Assembly: GCA_964016885.1 (NCBI GenBank)
Contig: OZ024742.1
Coordinates: 167,400,001 to 167,464,000, forward strand
Direction of reading: 5' to 3'
Source of the DNA: Eledone cirrhosa
Taxonomy: Eukaryota
DNA length: 64,000 nucleotides
A program made the translations under genes and the position numbers. Below, in pieces: positions 10,701 to 25,700 of this stretch. Position 1 is the stretch's first letter. Each line of letters begins with the position of its first letter. A model generated the notes under the pieces. The model did no database searches, had not been told where the DNA came from, and saw nothing but the letters and a program-made list of their open reading frames with translations.

Positions 10701-13700
10701 CTAGCCGTCCAAGGGGAGATAAATTCCAGCCTCCAAGGGAAGATAATTTCCAGCCAGCCAAGGGGAGATAATTTGTAAAAAAATCAGGGGGAGATAATTT
10801 GTAAAAAAAAATCAGGGGGAGATAATTTGTAAAAAAAAATCAGGGGGAGATAATTTGTAAAAAAAAATCAGGGGGAGATAATTTGTAAAAAAAATCAGGG
10901 GGAGATAATTTGTAAAAAAAATCAAGGGGAGATAATTTCCAGCCGTCCAAGGGGAGATAATTTTCAGCCGTCCAAGGGGAGATAATTTCCAGCCGTCCAA
11001 GGGGAGATAATTTCCATCCTTCCAAGGGGAGATAATTTCCAGCCGTCCAAGGGGAGATAATTTTCAGCCGTCCAAGGGGAGATAATTTCCCGCCAGCCAA
11101 GGGAAGATAATATTTTAAAAAATCAGGCGGAGATAATTTGTAAAAAAAATCAGGGGGAGATAATTTGTAAAAAAATCAGGGGGAGATAATTTGTAAAAAA
11201 AAAATCAGGGGGCGATAATTTGTAAAAAAAATCAGGGGGAGATAATTTGTAAAAAAAAATCAGGGGTAGATAATTTGTAAAAAAAAATCAGGGGGAGATA
11301 ATTTGTAAAAAAAAAATCAGGGGGAGATAATTTGTAAAAAAAATCAAGGGGAGATAATTTCCAGCCGTCCAAGGAGAGATAATTTAAAAAAAAAATCAGG
11401 CGGAGATAATTTGTAAAAAAAATCAAGGGGAGATAATTTGTAAAAAAAAATCAGGGGGAGATAATTTGTAAAAAAAATCAAGGGGAGATAATTTCCAGCC
11501 GTCCAAGGGAAGATAATTTCCAGCACTCCAACGGGCTATAATTTGCAGTGTCCAAGGGGAGATAATTTCCAGCCAGCGAAGGGGAGATAATTTTTTTAAA
11601 AAAATCAGGGGGAGATATGTAAAAAAAATCAGAGGGAGATAATTTCTAAAAAAAATCAAAGGGAGATAATTTCCAGCCGTCCAAAGAGAGATAATTTCTA
11701 GCCGTCCAAGGGGAGATAATTTCCAGCCAAGGGGAGATAATTTCCAGCCGTCCAAGGGGAGATAATTATTTAAAAAATCAGGTGGAGATAATTTTTAAAA
11801 AAAAATCAGGGGGAGATAATTTGTAAAAAAAAATCAGGGGGAGATAATTTGTAAAAAAAATCAAGGGGAGATAATTTGTAAAAAAAAATCAAGGGGAGAT
11901 AATTTCCAGCCGTCCAAGGGGAGATAATTTTCAGCCGTCCAAGGGGAGATAATTTCCCGCCAGCCAAGGAAAGATAATATTTAAAAAAATCAGGCGGAGA
12001 TAATTTGTAAAAAAAATCAGGGGGAGATAATTTGTAAAAAAATCAGGGGGAGATAATTTGTAAAAAAAAAATCAGGGGGAGATAATTTGTAAAAAAAATC
12101 AGGGGGAGATAATTTGTAAAAAGAAATCAGGGGGAGATAATTTGTAAAAAAAAATCAGGGGGAGATAATTTGTAAAAAAAATCAATTGGAGATAATTTCC
12201 AGCCGTCCAAGGGGAGATAATTTTCAGCCGTCCAAGGAGAGGTAATTTCTAGACGTCCAAGGGGAGATAATTTCCAGCCGTCCAAGGGGAGATAATTTCC
12301 AGCCGTCCAAGGGTAGATAATATCCAGCCGTCCAAGGAGACATATTTTCCAGCTTTCCAAGGAGAGGTAATTTCTAGCCGTCCAAGGGGAGATAAATTCC
12401 AGCCTCCAAGGGGAGATAATTTCCAGCCAGCCAAGGGGAGATAATTTGTAAAAAAATCAGGGGGAGATAATTTGTAAAAAAAAATCAGGGGCAGATAATT
12501 TGTAAAAAAAATCAGGAGGAGATAATTTGTAAAAAAAATCAGGGGGAGATAATTTGTAAAAAAAATCAAGGGGAGATAATTTCCAGCCGTCCAAGGGGAG
12601 ATAATTTTCAGCCGTCCAAGGGGAGATAATTTCCCGCCAGCCAAGGGAAGATAATATTTAAAAAATGAGGCGGAGATAATTTGTAAAAAAAATCAGGGGG
12701 AGATAATTTGTAAAAAAATCAGGGGGAGATAATTTGTAAAAAAAAAATCAGGGAGAGATAATTTGTAAAAAAAATCAGGGGGAGATAATTTGTAAAAAAA
12801 AATCAGGGGTAGATAATTTGTAAAAAAAAATCAGGGTGAGATAATTTGTAAAAAAAATCAAGGGGAGATAATTTCCAGCCGTCCAAGGGAAGATAATTTC
12901 AAGCCCTCCAAGGGGCTATAATTTCCAGTGTCCAAGGGGAGATAATTTCCAGCCAGCGAAGGGGAGATAATTTTTTTTTTTAAATCAGGGGGAGATTTGT
13001 ACAAAAAATCAGGGGGAGATAATTTGTAAAAAAAATCAAAGGGAGATAATTTCCAGCCGTCCAAAGAGAGATAATTTCTAGCCGTCCAAGGGGAGATAAT
13101 TTCGAGCCAAGCGGAGATAATTTCCAGCCGTCCAAGGGGAGATAATTTTTTAAAAAATCAGGTGGAGATAATTTGTAAAAAAAATCAGGGGGAGATAATT
13201 TGTAAAAACAAAATCAAGGGCAGATAATTTCCAGCTGTCCAAGGGGAGATAATTTCCAGCCGTGCAAGGGGAGATAATTTCCAGCCGTCCAAGGGGAGAT
13301 AATTTCCATCCTTCCAAGGGGAGATAATTTCCAGCCGTCCAAGGGGAGATAATTTCCCGCCAGCCAAGGGAAGATAATTTTTTAAAAAATCAGGCGGAGA
13401 TTGTAAAAAAAATCAGGGGGAGATAATTTGTAAAAAAATCAGGGGGAGATAATTTGTAAAAAAATCAAGGGGAGATAATTTCCAGCTGTCCAAAGGGAGG
13501 TAATATCTAGCCGTCCAAGGGGAGATAATTTCCAGCCGTCCAAGGGGAGATAATTTCCAGCCGTCCAAGGGTAGATAATATCCAGCCGTCCAAGGAGACA
13601 TATTTTCCAGCCGTCCAAGGAGAGGTAATTTCTAGCCGTCCAAGTGGAGATAAATTCCAGCCTCCAAGGGGAGGGTAGATAATATCCAGCCGTCCAAGGA

Positions 13701-16700
13701 GACATATTTTCCAGCTTTCCAAGGAGAGGTAATTTCTAGCCGTCCAAGGGGAGATAAATTCCAGCCTCCAAGGGGAGATAATTTCCAGCCAGCCAAGGGG
13801 AGATAATTTGTAAAAAAATCAGGGGGAGATAATTTGTAAAAAAAAATCAGGGGCAGATAATTTGTAAAAAAAATCAGGAGATAATTTGTAAAAAAAATCA
13901 GGGGGAGATAATTTGTAAAAAAAATCAAGGGGAGATAATTTCCAGCCGTCCAAGGGGAGATAATTTTCAGCCGTCCAAGGGGAGATAATTTCCCGCCAGC
14001 CAAGGGAAGATAATATTTAAAAAATGAGGCGGAGATAATTTGTAAAAAAAATCAGGGGGAGATAATTTGTAAAAAAATCAGGGGGAGATAATTTGTAAAA
14101 AAAAAATCAGGGAGAGATAATTTGTAAAAAAAATCAGGGGGAGATAATTTGTAAAAAAAAATCAGGGGTAGATAATTTGTAAAAAAAATCAGGGGGAGAT
14201 AATTTGTAAAAAAAATCAGGGTGAGATAATTTGTAAAAAAAATCAAGGGGAGATAATTTCCAGCCGTCCAAGGGAAGATAATTTCAAGCCCTCCAAGGGG
14301 CTATAATTTCCAGTGTCCAAGGGGAGATAATTTCCAGCCAGCGAAGGGGAGATAATTTTTTTTTTTAAATCAGGGGGAGATTTGTACAAAAAATCAGGGG
14401 GAGATAATTTGTAAAAAAAATCAAAGGGAGATAATTTCCAGCCGTCCAAAGAGAGATAATTTCTAGCCGTCCAAGGGGAGATAATTTCGAGCCAAGCGGA
14501 GATAATTTCCAGCCGTCCAAGGGGAGATTTTTTTTTAAAAAATCAGGTGGAGATAATTTGTAAAAAAAATCAGGGGGAGATAATTTGTAAAAACAAAATC
14601 AAGGGCAGATAATTTCCAGCTGTCCAAGGGGAGATAATTTCCAGCCGTGCAAGGGGAGATAATTTCCAGCCGTCCAAGGGGAGATAATTTCCATCCTTCC
14701 AAGGGGAGATAATTTCCAGCCGTCCAAGGGGAGATAATTTCCCGCCAGCCAAGGGAAGATAATTTTTTAAAAAATCAGGCGGAGATTGTAAAAAAAATCA
14801 GGGGGAGATAATTTGTAAAAAAATCAGGGGGAGATAATTTGTAAAAAAATCAAGGGGAGATAATTTCCAGCTGTCCAAAGGGAGGTAATATCTAGCCGTC
14901 CAAGGGGAGATAATTTCCAGCCGTCCAAGGGGAGATAATTTCCAGCCGTCCAAGGGTAGATAATATCCAGCCGTCCAAGGAGACATATTTTCCAGCCGTC
15001 CAAGGAGAGGTAATTTCTAGCCGTCCAAGTGGAGATAAATTCCAGCCTCCAAGGGGAGATAATTTCCAGCCAGCCAAGGGGAGATAATTTGTAAAAAAAT
15101 CAGGGGGAGATAATTTGTAAAAAAAATCAGGGGGAGATAATTTGTAAAAAAAAATCAGGGGGAGATAATTTGTAAAAAAAATCAGGGGGAGATAATTTGT
15201 AAAAAAAATCAAGGGGAGATAATTTCCAGCCGTCCAAGGAGAGATAATTTAAAAAAAAAATCAGGCGGAGATAATTTGTAAAAAAAAATCAGGGGGAGAT
15301 AATTTGTAAAAAAAAATCAGGGGGAGATAATTTGTAAAAAAAATCAAGGGGAGATAATTTCCAGCCGTCCAAGGGGAGATAATTTTCAGCCGTCCAAGGG
15401 GAGATAATTTCCAGCCGTCCAAGGGGAGATAATTTGAAAAAAAAATCAGGCGGAGATAATTTGTAAAAAAAATCAAGGGGAGATAATTTGCAACCGTCCA
15501 AGGGGACATAATTTTCAGTCGTCCAAGGAGAGGTAATTTCTAGCCGTACAAGGGGAGATAATTTCCAGCCGTCCAAGGGGAGATAATTTCCAGCCGTCCA
15601 AGGGGAGATAATTTTTTTTTAAAAATCAGGCGGAGATAATTTGTAAAAAAAAAATCAGGGGGAGATAATTTGTAAAAAAAAATCAGGGGGAGATAATTTG
15701 TAAAAAAAATCAGGGGGAGATAATTTGTAAAAAAAATCAAGGGGAGATAATTTCCAGCCGTCCAAGGGAAGATAATTTCCAGCCCTCCAAGGGGCTATAA
15801 TTTCCAGCGTCCAAGAGGAGATAATTTCCAGCCAGCGAAGGGGAGATAATTGTTTTAAAAAAATCATTGGGAGATTTGTAAAAAAAATCAGGGGGAGATA
15901 ATTAATAAAAAAAATCAAGGGGAGATAATTTCCAGCCGTCCAAGGGGAGGTAATATCTAGCCGTCCAAGGGGAGATAATTTCCAGCCGTCCAAGGGGAGA
16001 TAATTTCCAGCCGTCCAAGGGTAGATAATATCCAGCCGTCCAAGTAGACATTTTCCAGCCGTCCAAGGAGAGGTAATTTCTAGCCGTCCAAGGGGAGATA
16101 AATTCCAGCCTCCAAGGGGAGATAATTTCCAGCCAGCCAAGGGGAGATAATTTGTAAAAAAAATCAGGGGGAGATAATTTGTAAAAAAAAATCAGGGGGA
16201 GATAATTTGTAAAAAAAAATCAGGGGGAGATAATTTGTAAAAAAAAATCAGGGGGAGATAATTTGTAAAAAAAATCAAGGGGAGATAATTTCCAGCCGTC
16301 CAAGGGGAGATAATTTTCAGCCGTCCAAGGGGAGATAATTTCCAGCCGTCCAAGGGGAGATAATTTCCATCCTTCCAAGGGGAGATAATTTCCAGCCGTC
16401 CAAGGGGAGATAATTTCCCGCCAACCAAGGGAAGATAATTTTTAAAAAAATCAGGCGGAGATTGTAAAAAAAATCAGGGGGAGATAATTTGTAAAAAAAA
16501 AATCAGGGGGAGATAATTTGTAAAAAAAATCAGGGGGAGATAATTTGTAAAAAAAAATCAAGGGGAGATAATTTGTACAAAAAATCAGGGGTATATAATT
16601 TGTAAAAAAAAATCAGGGGGAGATAATTTGTAAAAAAAAATCAGGGGGAGATAATTTGTAAAAAAAATCAAGGGGAGATAATTTGCAGCCGTCCAAGGGG

Positions 16701-19700
16701 AGATAATTTTCAGCCGTCCAAGGAGAGGTAATTTCTAGTCGTCCAAGGTGAGATAATATCCAGCCGTCCAAGGGGAGATAATTTCCAGCCGTCCAAGGGG
16801 AGATAATTTTTAAAAAAAAACAGGCGAAGATAATTTGTAAAAAAAAAATCAGGGGGAGATAATTTGTAAAAAAAAATCAGGGGGAGATAATTTGTAAAAA
16901 AAAATCAGGGGGAGGTAATTTGTGAAAAAAAATCAAGGGGAGATAATTTCCAGCCGTCCAAGGGAAGATAATTTCCAGCCCTCCAAGGGGCTATAATTTC
17001 CAGCGTCCAAGGGGAGATAATTTCCAGCCAGCGAAGGGGAGATAATTTTTTTTTTTTTAAATCAGGGGGAGATAATTTGTAAAAAAAAATCAGGGGGAGA
17101 TAATTTCCAGCCGTCCAAGGGGAGATAATTTTCAGCCGTCCAAGGGGAGATAATTTTCAGCCGTCCAAGGGGAGATAATTTCCCGCCAGCCAAGGAAAGA
17201 TAATATTTAAAAAAATCAGGCGGAGATAATTTGTAAAAAAAAATCAGGGGGAGATAATTTGTAAAAAAAATCAATTGGAGATAATTTCCAGCCGTCCAAG
17301 GGGAGATAATTTTCAGCCGTCCAAGGAGAGGTAATTTCTAGACGTCCAAGGGGAGATAATTTCCAGCCGTCCAAGGGGAGATAATTTCCAGCCGTCCAAG
17401 GGTAGATAATATCCAGCCGTCCAAGGAGACATATTTTCCAGCTTTCCAAGGAGAGGTAATTTCTAGCCGTCCAAGGGGAGATAAATTCCAGCCTCCAAGG
17501 GGAGATAATTTCCAGCCAGCCAAGGGGAGATAATTTGTAAAAAAATCAGGGGGAGATAATTTGTAAAAAAAAATCAGGGGCAGATAATTTGTAAAAAAAA
17601 TCAGGGGGAGATAATTTGTAAAAAATATCAGGGGGAGATAATTTGTAAAAAAAATCAAGGGGAGATAATTTCCAGCCGTCCAAGGGGAGATAATTTTCAG
17701 CCGTCCAAGGGGAGATAATTTCCCGCCAGCCAAGGGAAGATAATATTTAAAAAATGAGGCGGAGATAATTTGTAAAAAAAATCAGGGGGAGATAATTTGT
17801 AAAAAAATCAGGGGGAGATAATTTGTAAAAAAAAAATCAGGGAGAGATAATTTGTAAAAAAAATCAGGGGGAGATAATTTGTAAAAAAAAATCAGGGGTA
17901 GATAATTTGTAAAAAAAAATCAGGGGGAGATAATTTGTAAAAAAAATCAGGGGGAGATAATTTGTAAAAAAAATCAAGGGGAGATAATTTCCAGCCGTCC
18001 AAGGGAAGATAATTTCAAGCCCTCCAAGGGGCTATAATTTCCAGTGTCCAAGGGGAGATAATTTCCAGCCAGCGAAGGGGAGATAATTTTTTTTTTTAAA
18101 TCAGTGGGAGATTTGTACAAAAAATCAGGGGGAGATAATTTGTAAAAAAAATCAAAGGGAGATAATTTCCAGCCGTCCAAAGAGAGATAATTTCTAGCCG
18201 TCCAAGGGGAGATAATTTCGAGCCAAGGGGAGATAATTTCCAGCCGTCCAAGGGGAGATAATTTTTTAAAAAATCAGGTGGAGATAATTTGTAAAAAAAA
18301 TCAGGGGGAGATAATTTGTAAAAACAAAATCAAGGGCAGATAATTTCCAGCTGTCCAAGGGGAGATAATTTCCAGCCGTGCAAGGGGAGATAATTTCCAG
18401 CCGTCCAAGGGGAGATAATTTCCATCCTTCCAAGGGGAGATAATTTCCAGCCGTCCAAGGGGAGATAATTTCCCGCCAGCCAAGGGAAGATAATTTTTTA
18501 AAAAATCAGGCGGAGATTGTAAAAAAAATCAGGGGGAGATAATTTGTAAAAAAATCAGGGGGAGATAATTTGTAAAAAAATCAAGGGGAGATAATTTCCA
18601 GCTGTCCAAGGGGAGGTAATATCTAGCCGTCCAAGGGGAGATAATTTCCAGCCGTCCAAGGGGAGATAATTTCCAGCCGTCCAAGGGTAGATAATATCCA
18701 GCCGTCCAAGGAGACATATTTTCCAGCCGTCCAAGGAGAGGTAATTTCTAGCCGTCCAAGTGGAGATAAATTCCAGCCTCCAAGGGGAGATAATTTCCAG
18801 CCAGCCAAGGGGAGATAATTTGTAAAAAATTCAGGGGGAGATAATTTGTAAAAAAAATCAGGGGGAGATAATTTGTAAAAAAAAATCAGGGGGAGATAAT
18901 TTGTAAAAAAAATCAGGGGGAGATAATTTGTAAAAAAAATCAAGGGGAGATAATTTCCAGCCGTCCAAGGAGAGATAATTTAAAAAAAAAATCAGGCGGA
19001 GATAATTTGTAAAAAAAAATCAGGGGGAGATAATTTGTAAAAAAAAATCAGGGGGAGATAATTTGTAAAAAAAATCAAGGGGAGATAATTTCCAGCCGTC
19101 CAAGGGGAGATAATTTTCAGCCGTCCAAGGGGAGATAATTTCCAGCCGTCCAAGGGGAGATAATTTAAAAAAAAAATCAGGCGGAGATAATTTGTAAAAA
19201 AAATCAAGGGGAGATAATTTGCAACCGTCCAAGGGGACATAATTTTCAGTCGTCCAAGGAGAGGTAATTTCTAGCCGTACAAGGGGAGATAATTTCCAGC
19301 CGTCCAAGGGGAGATAATTTCCAGCCGTCCAAGGGGAGATAATTTTTTTTTAAAAATCAGGGGGAGATAATTTGTAAAAAAAAATCAGGGGGAGATAATT
19401 TGTAAAAAAAAATCAGGGGGAGATAATTTGTAAAAAAAATCAAGGGGAGATAATTTCCAGCCGTCCAAGGGAAGATAATTTCCAGCCCTCCAAGGGGCTA
19501 TAATTTCCAGCGTCCAAGGGGAGATAATTTCCAGCCAGCGAAGGGGAGATAATTGTTTTAAAAAAATCATTGGGAGATTTGTAAAAAAAATCAGGGGGAG
19601 ATAATTAATAAAAAAAATCAAGGGGAGATAATTTCCAGCCGTCCAAGGGGAGGTAATATCTAGCCGTCCAAGGGGAGATAATTTCCAGCCGTCCAAGGGA

Positions 19701-22700
19701 GATAATTTCCAGCCGTCCAAGGGTAGATAATATCCAGCCGTCCAAGGAGACATATTTTCCAGCCGTCCAAGGAGAGGTAATTTCTAGCCGTCCAAGGGGA
19801 GATAAATTCCAGCCTCCAAGGGGAGATAATTTCCAGCCAGCCAAGGGGAGATAATTTGTAAAAAAATCAGGGGGAGATAATTTGTAAAATAAATCAGGGG
19901 TAGATAATTTGTAAAAAAAAATCAGGGGGAGATAATTTGTAAAAAAAAATCAGGGGGAGATAATATGTAAAAAAAATCAAGGGGAGATAATTTCCAGCCG
20001 TCCAAGGAGAGATAATTTTAAAAAAAAATCAGGCGGAGATAATTTGTAAAAAAAAATCAGGGGGAGATAATTTGTAAAAAAAAATCAGGGGGAGATAATT
20101 TGTAAAAAAAATCAAGGGGAGATAATTTCCAGCCGTCCAAGGGGAGATAATTTCCAGCCGTCCAAGGGGAAATAATTTTTTTAAAAAAATCAGGCGGAGA
20201 TAATTTGTAAAAAAAATCAGGGGGAGATAATTTGTAAAAAAAAATCAGGGGGAGATAATTTGTAAAAAAAAATCAGGGGTAGATAATTTCCAGCCGTCCA
20301 AGGTAAGATAATTTCCAGCCCTCCAAGGGGCTATAATTTCCAGCATCCAAGGGGAGATAATTTCCAGCCGTCCAATGGTAGATAATATCCAGCCGTCCAA
20401 GTAGACATTTTCCAGCCGTCCAAGGAGAGGTAATTTCTAGCCGTCCAAGGGGAGATAAATTCCAGCCTCCAAGGGGAGATAATTTCCAGCCAGCCAAGGG
20501 GAGATAATTTGTAAAAAAATCAGGGGGAGATAATTTGTAAAAAAAATCAGGGGGAGATAATTTGTAAAAAAAATCAGGGGGAGATAATTTGTAAAAAAAA
20601 ATCAGGGGGAGATAATTTGTAAAAAAAAATCAGGGGGAGATAATTTGTAAAAAAAATCAAGGGGAGATAATTTCCAGCCGTCCAAGGGGAGATAATTTTC
20701 AGCCGTCCAAGGGGAGATAATTTCCAGCCGTCCAAGGGGAGATAATTTCCATCCTTCCAAGGGGAGATAATTTCCAGCCGTCCAAGGGGAGATAATTTTC
20801 AGTCGTCCAAGGGGAGATAATTTCCCGCCAGCCAAGGGAAGATAATATTTTAAAAAATCAGGCGGAGATAATTTGTAAAAAAAATCAGGGGGAGATAATT
20901 TGTAAAAAAATCAGGGGGAGATAATTTGTAAAAAAAAAATCAGGGGGAGATAATTTGTAAAAAAAATCAGGGGGAGATAATTTGTAAAAAAAAAATCAGG
21001 GGTAGATAATTTGTAAAAAAAAATCAGGGGGAGATAATTTGTAAAAAAAAAATCAGGGGGAGATAATTTGTAAAAAAAATCAGGGGGAGATAATTTGTAA
21101 AAAAAAATCAGGGGGAGATAATTTCCAGCCGTCCAAGGGGAGATAATTTTCAGCCGTCCAAGGGGAGATAATTTCCCGCCAGCCAAGGGAAGATAATATT
21201 TAAAAAAATCAGGCGGAGATAATTTGTAAAAAAAATCAGGGGGAGATAATTTGTAAAAAAATCAGGGGGAGATAATTTGTAAAAAAAATCAAGGGGAGAT
21301 AATTTCCAGCCGTCCAAGGGGAGGTAATATCTAGCCGTCCAAGGGGAGATAATTTCCAGCCGTCCAACAGGAGATAATTTCCAGCCGTCCAAGGGTAGAT
21401 AATATCCAGCCGTCCAAGGAGACATATTTTCCAGCCGTCCAAGGAGAGGTAATTTCTAGCCGTCCAAGGGGAGATAAATTCCAGCCTCCAAGGGGAGATA
21501 ATTTCCAGCCAGCCAAGGGGAGATAATTTGTAAAAAAAATCAGGGGGAGATAATTTGTAAAAAAAATCAGGGGTAGATAATTTGTAAAAAAAAATCAGGG
21601 GGAGATAATTTGTAAAAAAAAATCAGGGGGAGATAATTTGTAAAAAAAATCAAGGGGAGATAATTTCCAGCCGTCGAAGGGAAGATAATTTCCAGCCCTC
21701 CAAGGGGCTATAATTTCCAGCGTCCAAGGGGAGATAATTTCCAGCCGTCCAAGGGGAGATAATTTCCAGCCGTCCAAGGGTAGATAATATCCAGCCGTCC
21801 AAGTAGACATTTTCCAGCCGTCCAAGGAGAGGTAATTTCTAGCCGTCCAAGGGGAGATAAATTCCAGCCTCCAAGGGAAGATAATTTCCAGCCAGCCAAG
21901 GGGAGATAATTTGTAAAAAAAAATCAGGGGGAGATAATTTGTAAAAAAAAATCAGGGGGAGATAATTTGTAAAAAAAAATCAGGGGGAGATAATTTGTAA
22001 AAAAAATCAGGGGGAGATAATTTGTAAAAAAAATCAAGGGGAGATAATTTCCAGCCGTCCAAGGGGAGATAATTTTCAGCCGTCCAAGGGGAGATAATTT
22101 CCAGCCGTCCAAGGGGAGATAATTTCCATCCTTCCAAGGGGAGATAATTTCCAGCCGTCCAAGGGGAGATAATTTTCAGCCGTCCAAGGGGAGATAATTT
22201 CCCGCCAGCCAAGGGAAGATAATATTTTAAAAAATCAGGCGGAGATAATTTGTAAAAAAAATCAGGGGGAGATAATTTGTAAAAAAATCAGGGGGAGATA
22301 ATTTGTAAAAAAAAAATCAGGGGGAGATAATTTGTAAAAAAAATCAGGGGGAGATAATTTGTAAAAAAAAATCAGGGGTAGATAATTTGTAAAAAAAAAT
22401 CAGGGGGAGATAATTTGTAAAAAAAAAATCAGGGGGAGATAATTTGTAAAAAAAATCAAGGGGAGATAATTTCCAGCCGTCCAAGGAGAGATAATTTTAA
22501 AAAAAAATCAGGCGGAGATAATTTGTAAAAAAAATCAAGGGGAGATAATTTGTAAAAAAAAATCAGGGGGAGATAATTTGTAAAAAAAATCAAGGGGAGA
22601 TAATTTCCAGCCGTCCAAGGGAAGATAATTTCCAGCACTCCAACGGGCTATAATTTGCAGTGTCCAAGGGGAGATAATTTCCAGCCAGCGAAGGGGAGAT

Positions 22701-25700
22701 AATTTTTTTAAAAAAATCAGGGGGAGATATGTAAAAAAAATCAGAGGGAGATAATTTCTAAAAAAAATCAAAGGGAGATAATTTCCAGCCGTCCAAAGAG
22801 AGATAATTTCTAGCCGTCCAAGGGGAGATAATTTCCAGCCAAGGGGAGATAATTTCCAGCCGTCCAAGGAAAGATAATATTTAAAAAAATCAGGCGGAGA
22901 TAATTTGTAAAAAAAATCAGGGGGAGATAATTTGTAAAAAAATCAGGGGGAGATAATTTGTAAAAAAAAAATCAGGGGGAGATAATTTGTAAAAAAAATC
23001 AGGGGGAGATAATTTGTAAAAAAAAATCAGGGGGAGATAATTTGTAAAAAAAAATCAGGGGGAGATAATTTGTAAAAAAAATCAATTGGAGATAATTTCC
23101 AGCCGTCCAAGGGGAGATAATTTTCAGCCGTCCAAGGAGAGGTAATTTCTAGACGTCCAAGGGGAGATAATTTCCAGCCGTCCAAGGGGAGATAATTTCC
23201 AGCCGTCCAAGGGTAGATAATATCCAGCCGTCCAAGGAGACATATTTTCCAGCTTTCCAAGGAGAGGTAATTTCTAGCCGTCCAAGGGGAGATAAATTCC
23301 AGCCTCCAAGGGGAGATAATTTCCAGCCAGCCAAGGGGAGATAATTTGTAAAAAAATCAGGGGGAGATAATTTGTAAAAAAAAATCAGGGGCAGATAATT
23401 TGTAAAAAAAATCAGGAGGAGATAATTTGTAAAAAAAATCAGGGGGAGATAATTTGTAAAAAAAATCAAGGGGAGATAATTTCCAGCCGTCCAAGGGGAG
23501 ATAATTTTCAGCCGTCCAAGGGGAGATAATTTCCCGCCAGCCAAGGGAAGATAATATTTAAAAAATGAGGCGGAGATAATTTGTAAAAAAAATCAGGGGG
23601 AGATAATTTGTAAAAAAATCAGGGGGAGATAATTTGTAAAAAAAAAATCAGGGAGAGATAATTTGTAAAAAAAATCAGGGGGAGATAATTTGTAAAAAAA
23701 AATCAGGGGTAGATAATTTGTAAAAAAAAATCAGGGGGAGATAATTTGTAAAAAAAATCAGGGTGAGATAATTTGTAAAAAAAATCAAGGGGAGATAATT
23801 TCCAGCCGTCCAAGGGAAGATAATTTCAAGCCCTCCAAGGGGCTATAATTTCCAGTGTCCAAGGGGAGATAATTTCCAGCCAGCGAAGGGGAGATAATTT
23901 TTTTTTTAAATCAGGGGGAGATTTGTACAAAAAATCAGGGGGAGATAATTTGTAAAAAAAATCAAAGGGAGATAATTTCCAGCCGTCCAAAGAGAGATAA
24001 TTTCTAGCCGTCCAAGGGGAGATAATTTCGAGCCAAGCGGAGATAATTTCCAGCCGTCCAAGGGGAGATAATTTTTTAAAAAATCAGGTGGAGATAATTT
24101 GTAAAAAAAATCAGGGGGAGATAATTTGTAAAAACAAAATCAAGGGCAGATAATTTCCAGCTGTCCAAGGGGAGATAATTTCCAGCCGTGCAAGGGGAGA
24201 TAATTTCCAGCCGTCCAAGGGGAGATAATTTCCATCCTTCCAAGGGGAGATAATTTCCAGCCGTCCAAGGGGAGATAATTTCCCGCCAGCCAAGGGAAGA
24301 TAATTTTTTAAAAAATCAGGCGGAGATTGTAAAAAAAATCAGGGGGAGATAATTTGTAAAAAAATCAGGGGGAGATAATTTGTAAAAAAATCAAGGGGAG
24401 ATAATTTCCAGCTGTCCAAAGGGAGGTAATATCTAGCCGTCCAAGGGGAGATAATTTCCAGCCGTCCAAGGGGAGATAATTTCCAGCCGTCCAAGGGTAG
24501 ATAATATCCAGCCGTCCAAGGAGACATATTTTCCAGCCGTCCAAGGAGAGGTAATTTCTAGCCGTCCAAGTGGAGATAAATTCCAGCCTCCAAGGGGAGG
24601 GTAGATAATATCCAGCCGTCCAAGGAGACATATTTTCCAGCTTTCCAAGGAGAGGTAATTTCTAGCCGTCCAAGGGGAGATAAATTCCAGCCTCCAAGGG
24701 GAGATAATTTCCAGCCAGCCAAGGGGAGATAATTTGTAAAAAAATCAGGGGGAGATAATTTGTAAAAAAAAATCAGGGGCAGATAATTTGTAAAAAAAAT
24801 CAGGAGATAATTTGTAAAAAAAATCAGGGGGAGATAATTTGTAAAAAAAATCAAGGGGAGATAATTTCCAGCCGTCCAAGGGGAGATAATTTTCAGCCGT
24901 CCAAGGGGAGATAATTTCCCGCCAGCCAAGGGAAGATAATATTTAAAAAATGAGGCGGAGATAATTTGTAAAAAAAATCAGGGGGAGATAATTTGTAAAA
25001 AAATCAGGGGGAGATAATTTGTAAAAAAAAAATCAGGGAGAGATAATTTGTAAAAAAAATCAGGGGGAGATAATTTGTAAAAAAAAATCAGGGGTAGATA
25101 ATTTGTAAAAAAAATCAGGGGGAGATAATTTGTAAAAAAAATCAGGGTGAGATAATTTGTAAAAAAAATCAAGGGGAGATAATTTCCAGCCGTCCAAGGG
25201 AAGATAATTTCAAGCCCTCCAAGGGGCTATAATTTCCAGTGTCCAAGGGGAGATAATTTCCAGCCAGCGAAGGGGAGATAATTTTTTTTTTTAAATCAGG
25301 GGGAGATTTGTACAAAAAATCAGGGGGAGATAATTTGTAAAAAAAATCAAAGGGAGATAATTTCCAGCCGTCCAAAGAGAGATAATTTCTAGCCGTCCAA
25401 GGGGAGATAATTTCGAGCCAAGCGGAGATAATTTCCAGCCGTCCAAGGGGAGATTTTTTTTTAAAAAATCAGGTGGAGATAATTTGTAAAAAAAATCAGG
25501 GGGAGATAATTTGTAAAAACAAAATCAAGGGCAGATAATTTCCAGCTGTCCAAGGGGAGATAATTTCCAGCCGTGCAAGGGGAGATAATTTCCAGCCGTC
25601 CAAGGGGAGATAATTTCCATCCTTCCAAGGGGAGATAATTTCCAGCCGTCCAAGGGGAGATAATTTCCCGCCAGCCAAGGGAAGATAATTTTTTAAAAAA

